A DNA stretch of 64,000 nucleotides from Neocallimastix sp. 'constans'. Its lineage: Eukaryota. Position numbers and translations under genes: made by a program. Below the pieces are notes generated by a model. It was given only the letters and a program-made list of their open reading frames with translations. It searched no databases and was not told the DNA's origin. Positions 62,901-64,000 of the stretch are shown here, piece by piece; positions within the stretch are counted from its first letter, which is position 1; each line of letters opens with the position of its first letter. The stretch lies in contig JBODTK010000108.1 in the NCBI GenBank assembly GCA_050613775.1, forward strand, positions 372,001 to 436,000, in the 5' to 3' direction.

Positions 62901-64000
62901 TATCAAACTTAATTTTAAGTTCTAAAAATATTAATTCTAAAATCAGTGTCAAATCCCATCCCTTCTCATATTATGATCTTTTTGATAAACAAATTGTCTT
63001 TAGTATCATTGGTATGTTAATTGGTATTATATTAATAGGTAGTTTGGTTAAATATGGAACCTTGGTAACCAAAGAAAGAACAGAATTAATTTTAAAACAG
63101 TTGCATTTAAATAATATCAGTAATAGAATTTATTGGACCTCAGTCCTATTTACTGATTTTTCTCTTTCCATTTTTACATGGATTTTAATAATACTTATTG
63201 CTATTTTATGTAAATATGAAGTTTTCAATAACTTCAATGCCATTATAATTTTAATCATTAGTTGCATTTTATGGTAAGTACAAACTTTTATATATATATA
63301 TATATATATTGATTAAAAATAAAAATAATAAATAAATAAATTATAAAAAATTAAATACTAACAATTAACTATTACAAAAAAAAAAAAATAAAAATAAAAA
63401 TAAAAAAAAATAAAAAAATAAACAATAAAAATAAATTTATTTAAATATATTATATATATATAAATAGCTCCTTTGGTTCACTTCTTTTCCAATATTTCTT
63501 AAGTTTTTTATTTAAAACCACGGAACAAGCCTATTCATTACTACCAACCATTAATCTTTCTTTTATTATACTTGGTTATGGGATGAATACTTTTATATCT
63601 GTGATTAATTATAATAGTTCCAATCTTCAATCCATAAACGATATCACCTTTATATTCTTCCAAACCATTTTATCCTTCATATATCCAACCTATGGCTTTA
63701 TCAGTATCATTAATTCTCTCTCATGGATCAAAGTATTTAATAGTATTAATCCTAAAAAATATCCACTAGTATTTTGGACTTATTTTGATTTACAAGGATG
63801 TGTATTACCACTCTTAATAGCGGTATCCATATCCATTATATTCTATTTTTCAATTATAATATCATTAAATAAAAAGCATAACAGTGTAAAGTATGGAAGA
63901 AATGCAATTTCAAGAAATATCATTGAAAAAAATGAAGAATATTTAAGTAGAAATGAAAGAGATACGTATAATGAATATATATTAGTTCATAGGAACTACA
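59282..64000 (+). CDS. ABC transporter subfamily A (ABCA), 3'-truncated by the window end
   Basis: Exons 59282-59284 (ATG, tentative), 59400-59520 (FKQLKTLTYKNYLYKKK), 59719-61344, 61581-63273 and 63468-end. TMD1, Walker A GHNGAGKTT, signature LSGGQKRKL, Walker B FIDEPTTGLD, SLEELF motif and a second TMD are present. Confidence 0.9.

Overview
Extremely AT-rich eukaryotic genomic DNA with GT-AG introns, homopolymer runs and microsatellites. The fungal dockerin-bearing GH45 cellulase and the expanded ankyrin families point to an anaerobic gut fungus (Neocallimastigomycota); this is an inference. The first 22.5 kb is a head-to-tail array of intronless, bacterial-looking SPFH/band-7 (prohibitin-like) genes. 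It has six near-identical copies, one diverged copy and three pseudogenes, and its polymorphisms are patchwork-shuffled between copies and pseudogenes. Next come multi-exon MAD1, a triple-doublecortin protein and an LRR protein built from six 69-bp exons that the ORF track misses. The rest holds two ankyrin-repeat genes, a dockerin-dockerin-CBM1-GH45 cellulosomal endoglucanase, a cluster of Mutator-like MITEs with 9-bp TSDs, an internally deleted Ty1/copia relic, a 131-bp fold-back, an ABCA pseudogene relic and an ABCA transporter running off the window end. Two short GC-rich, structured non-coding islands remain unexplained. Exon boundaries were read by eye and are unverified.
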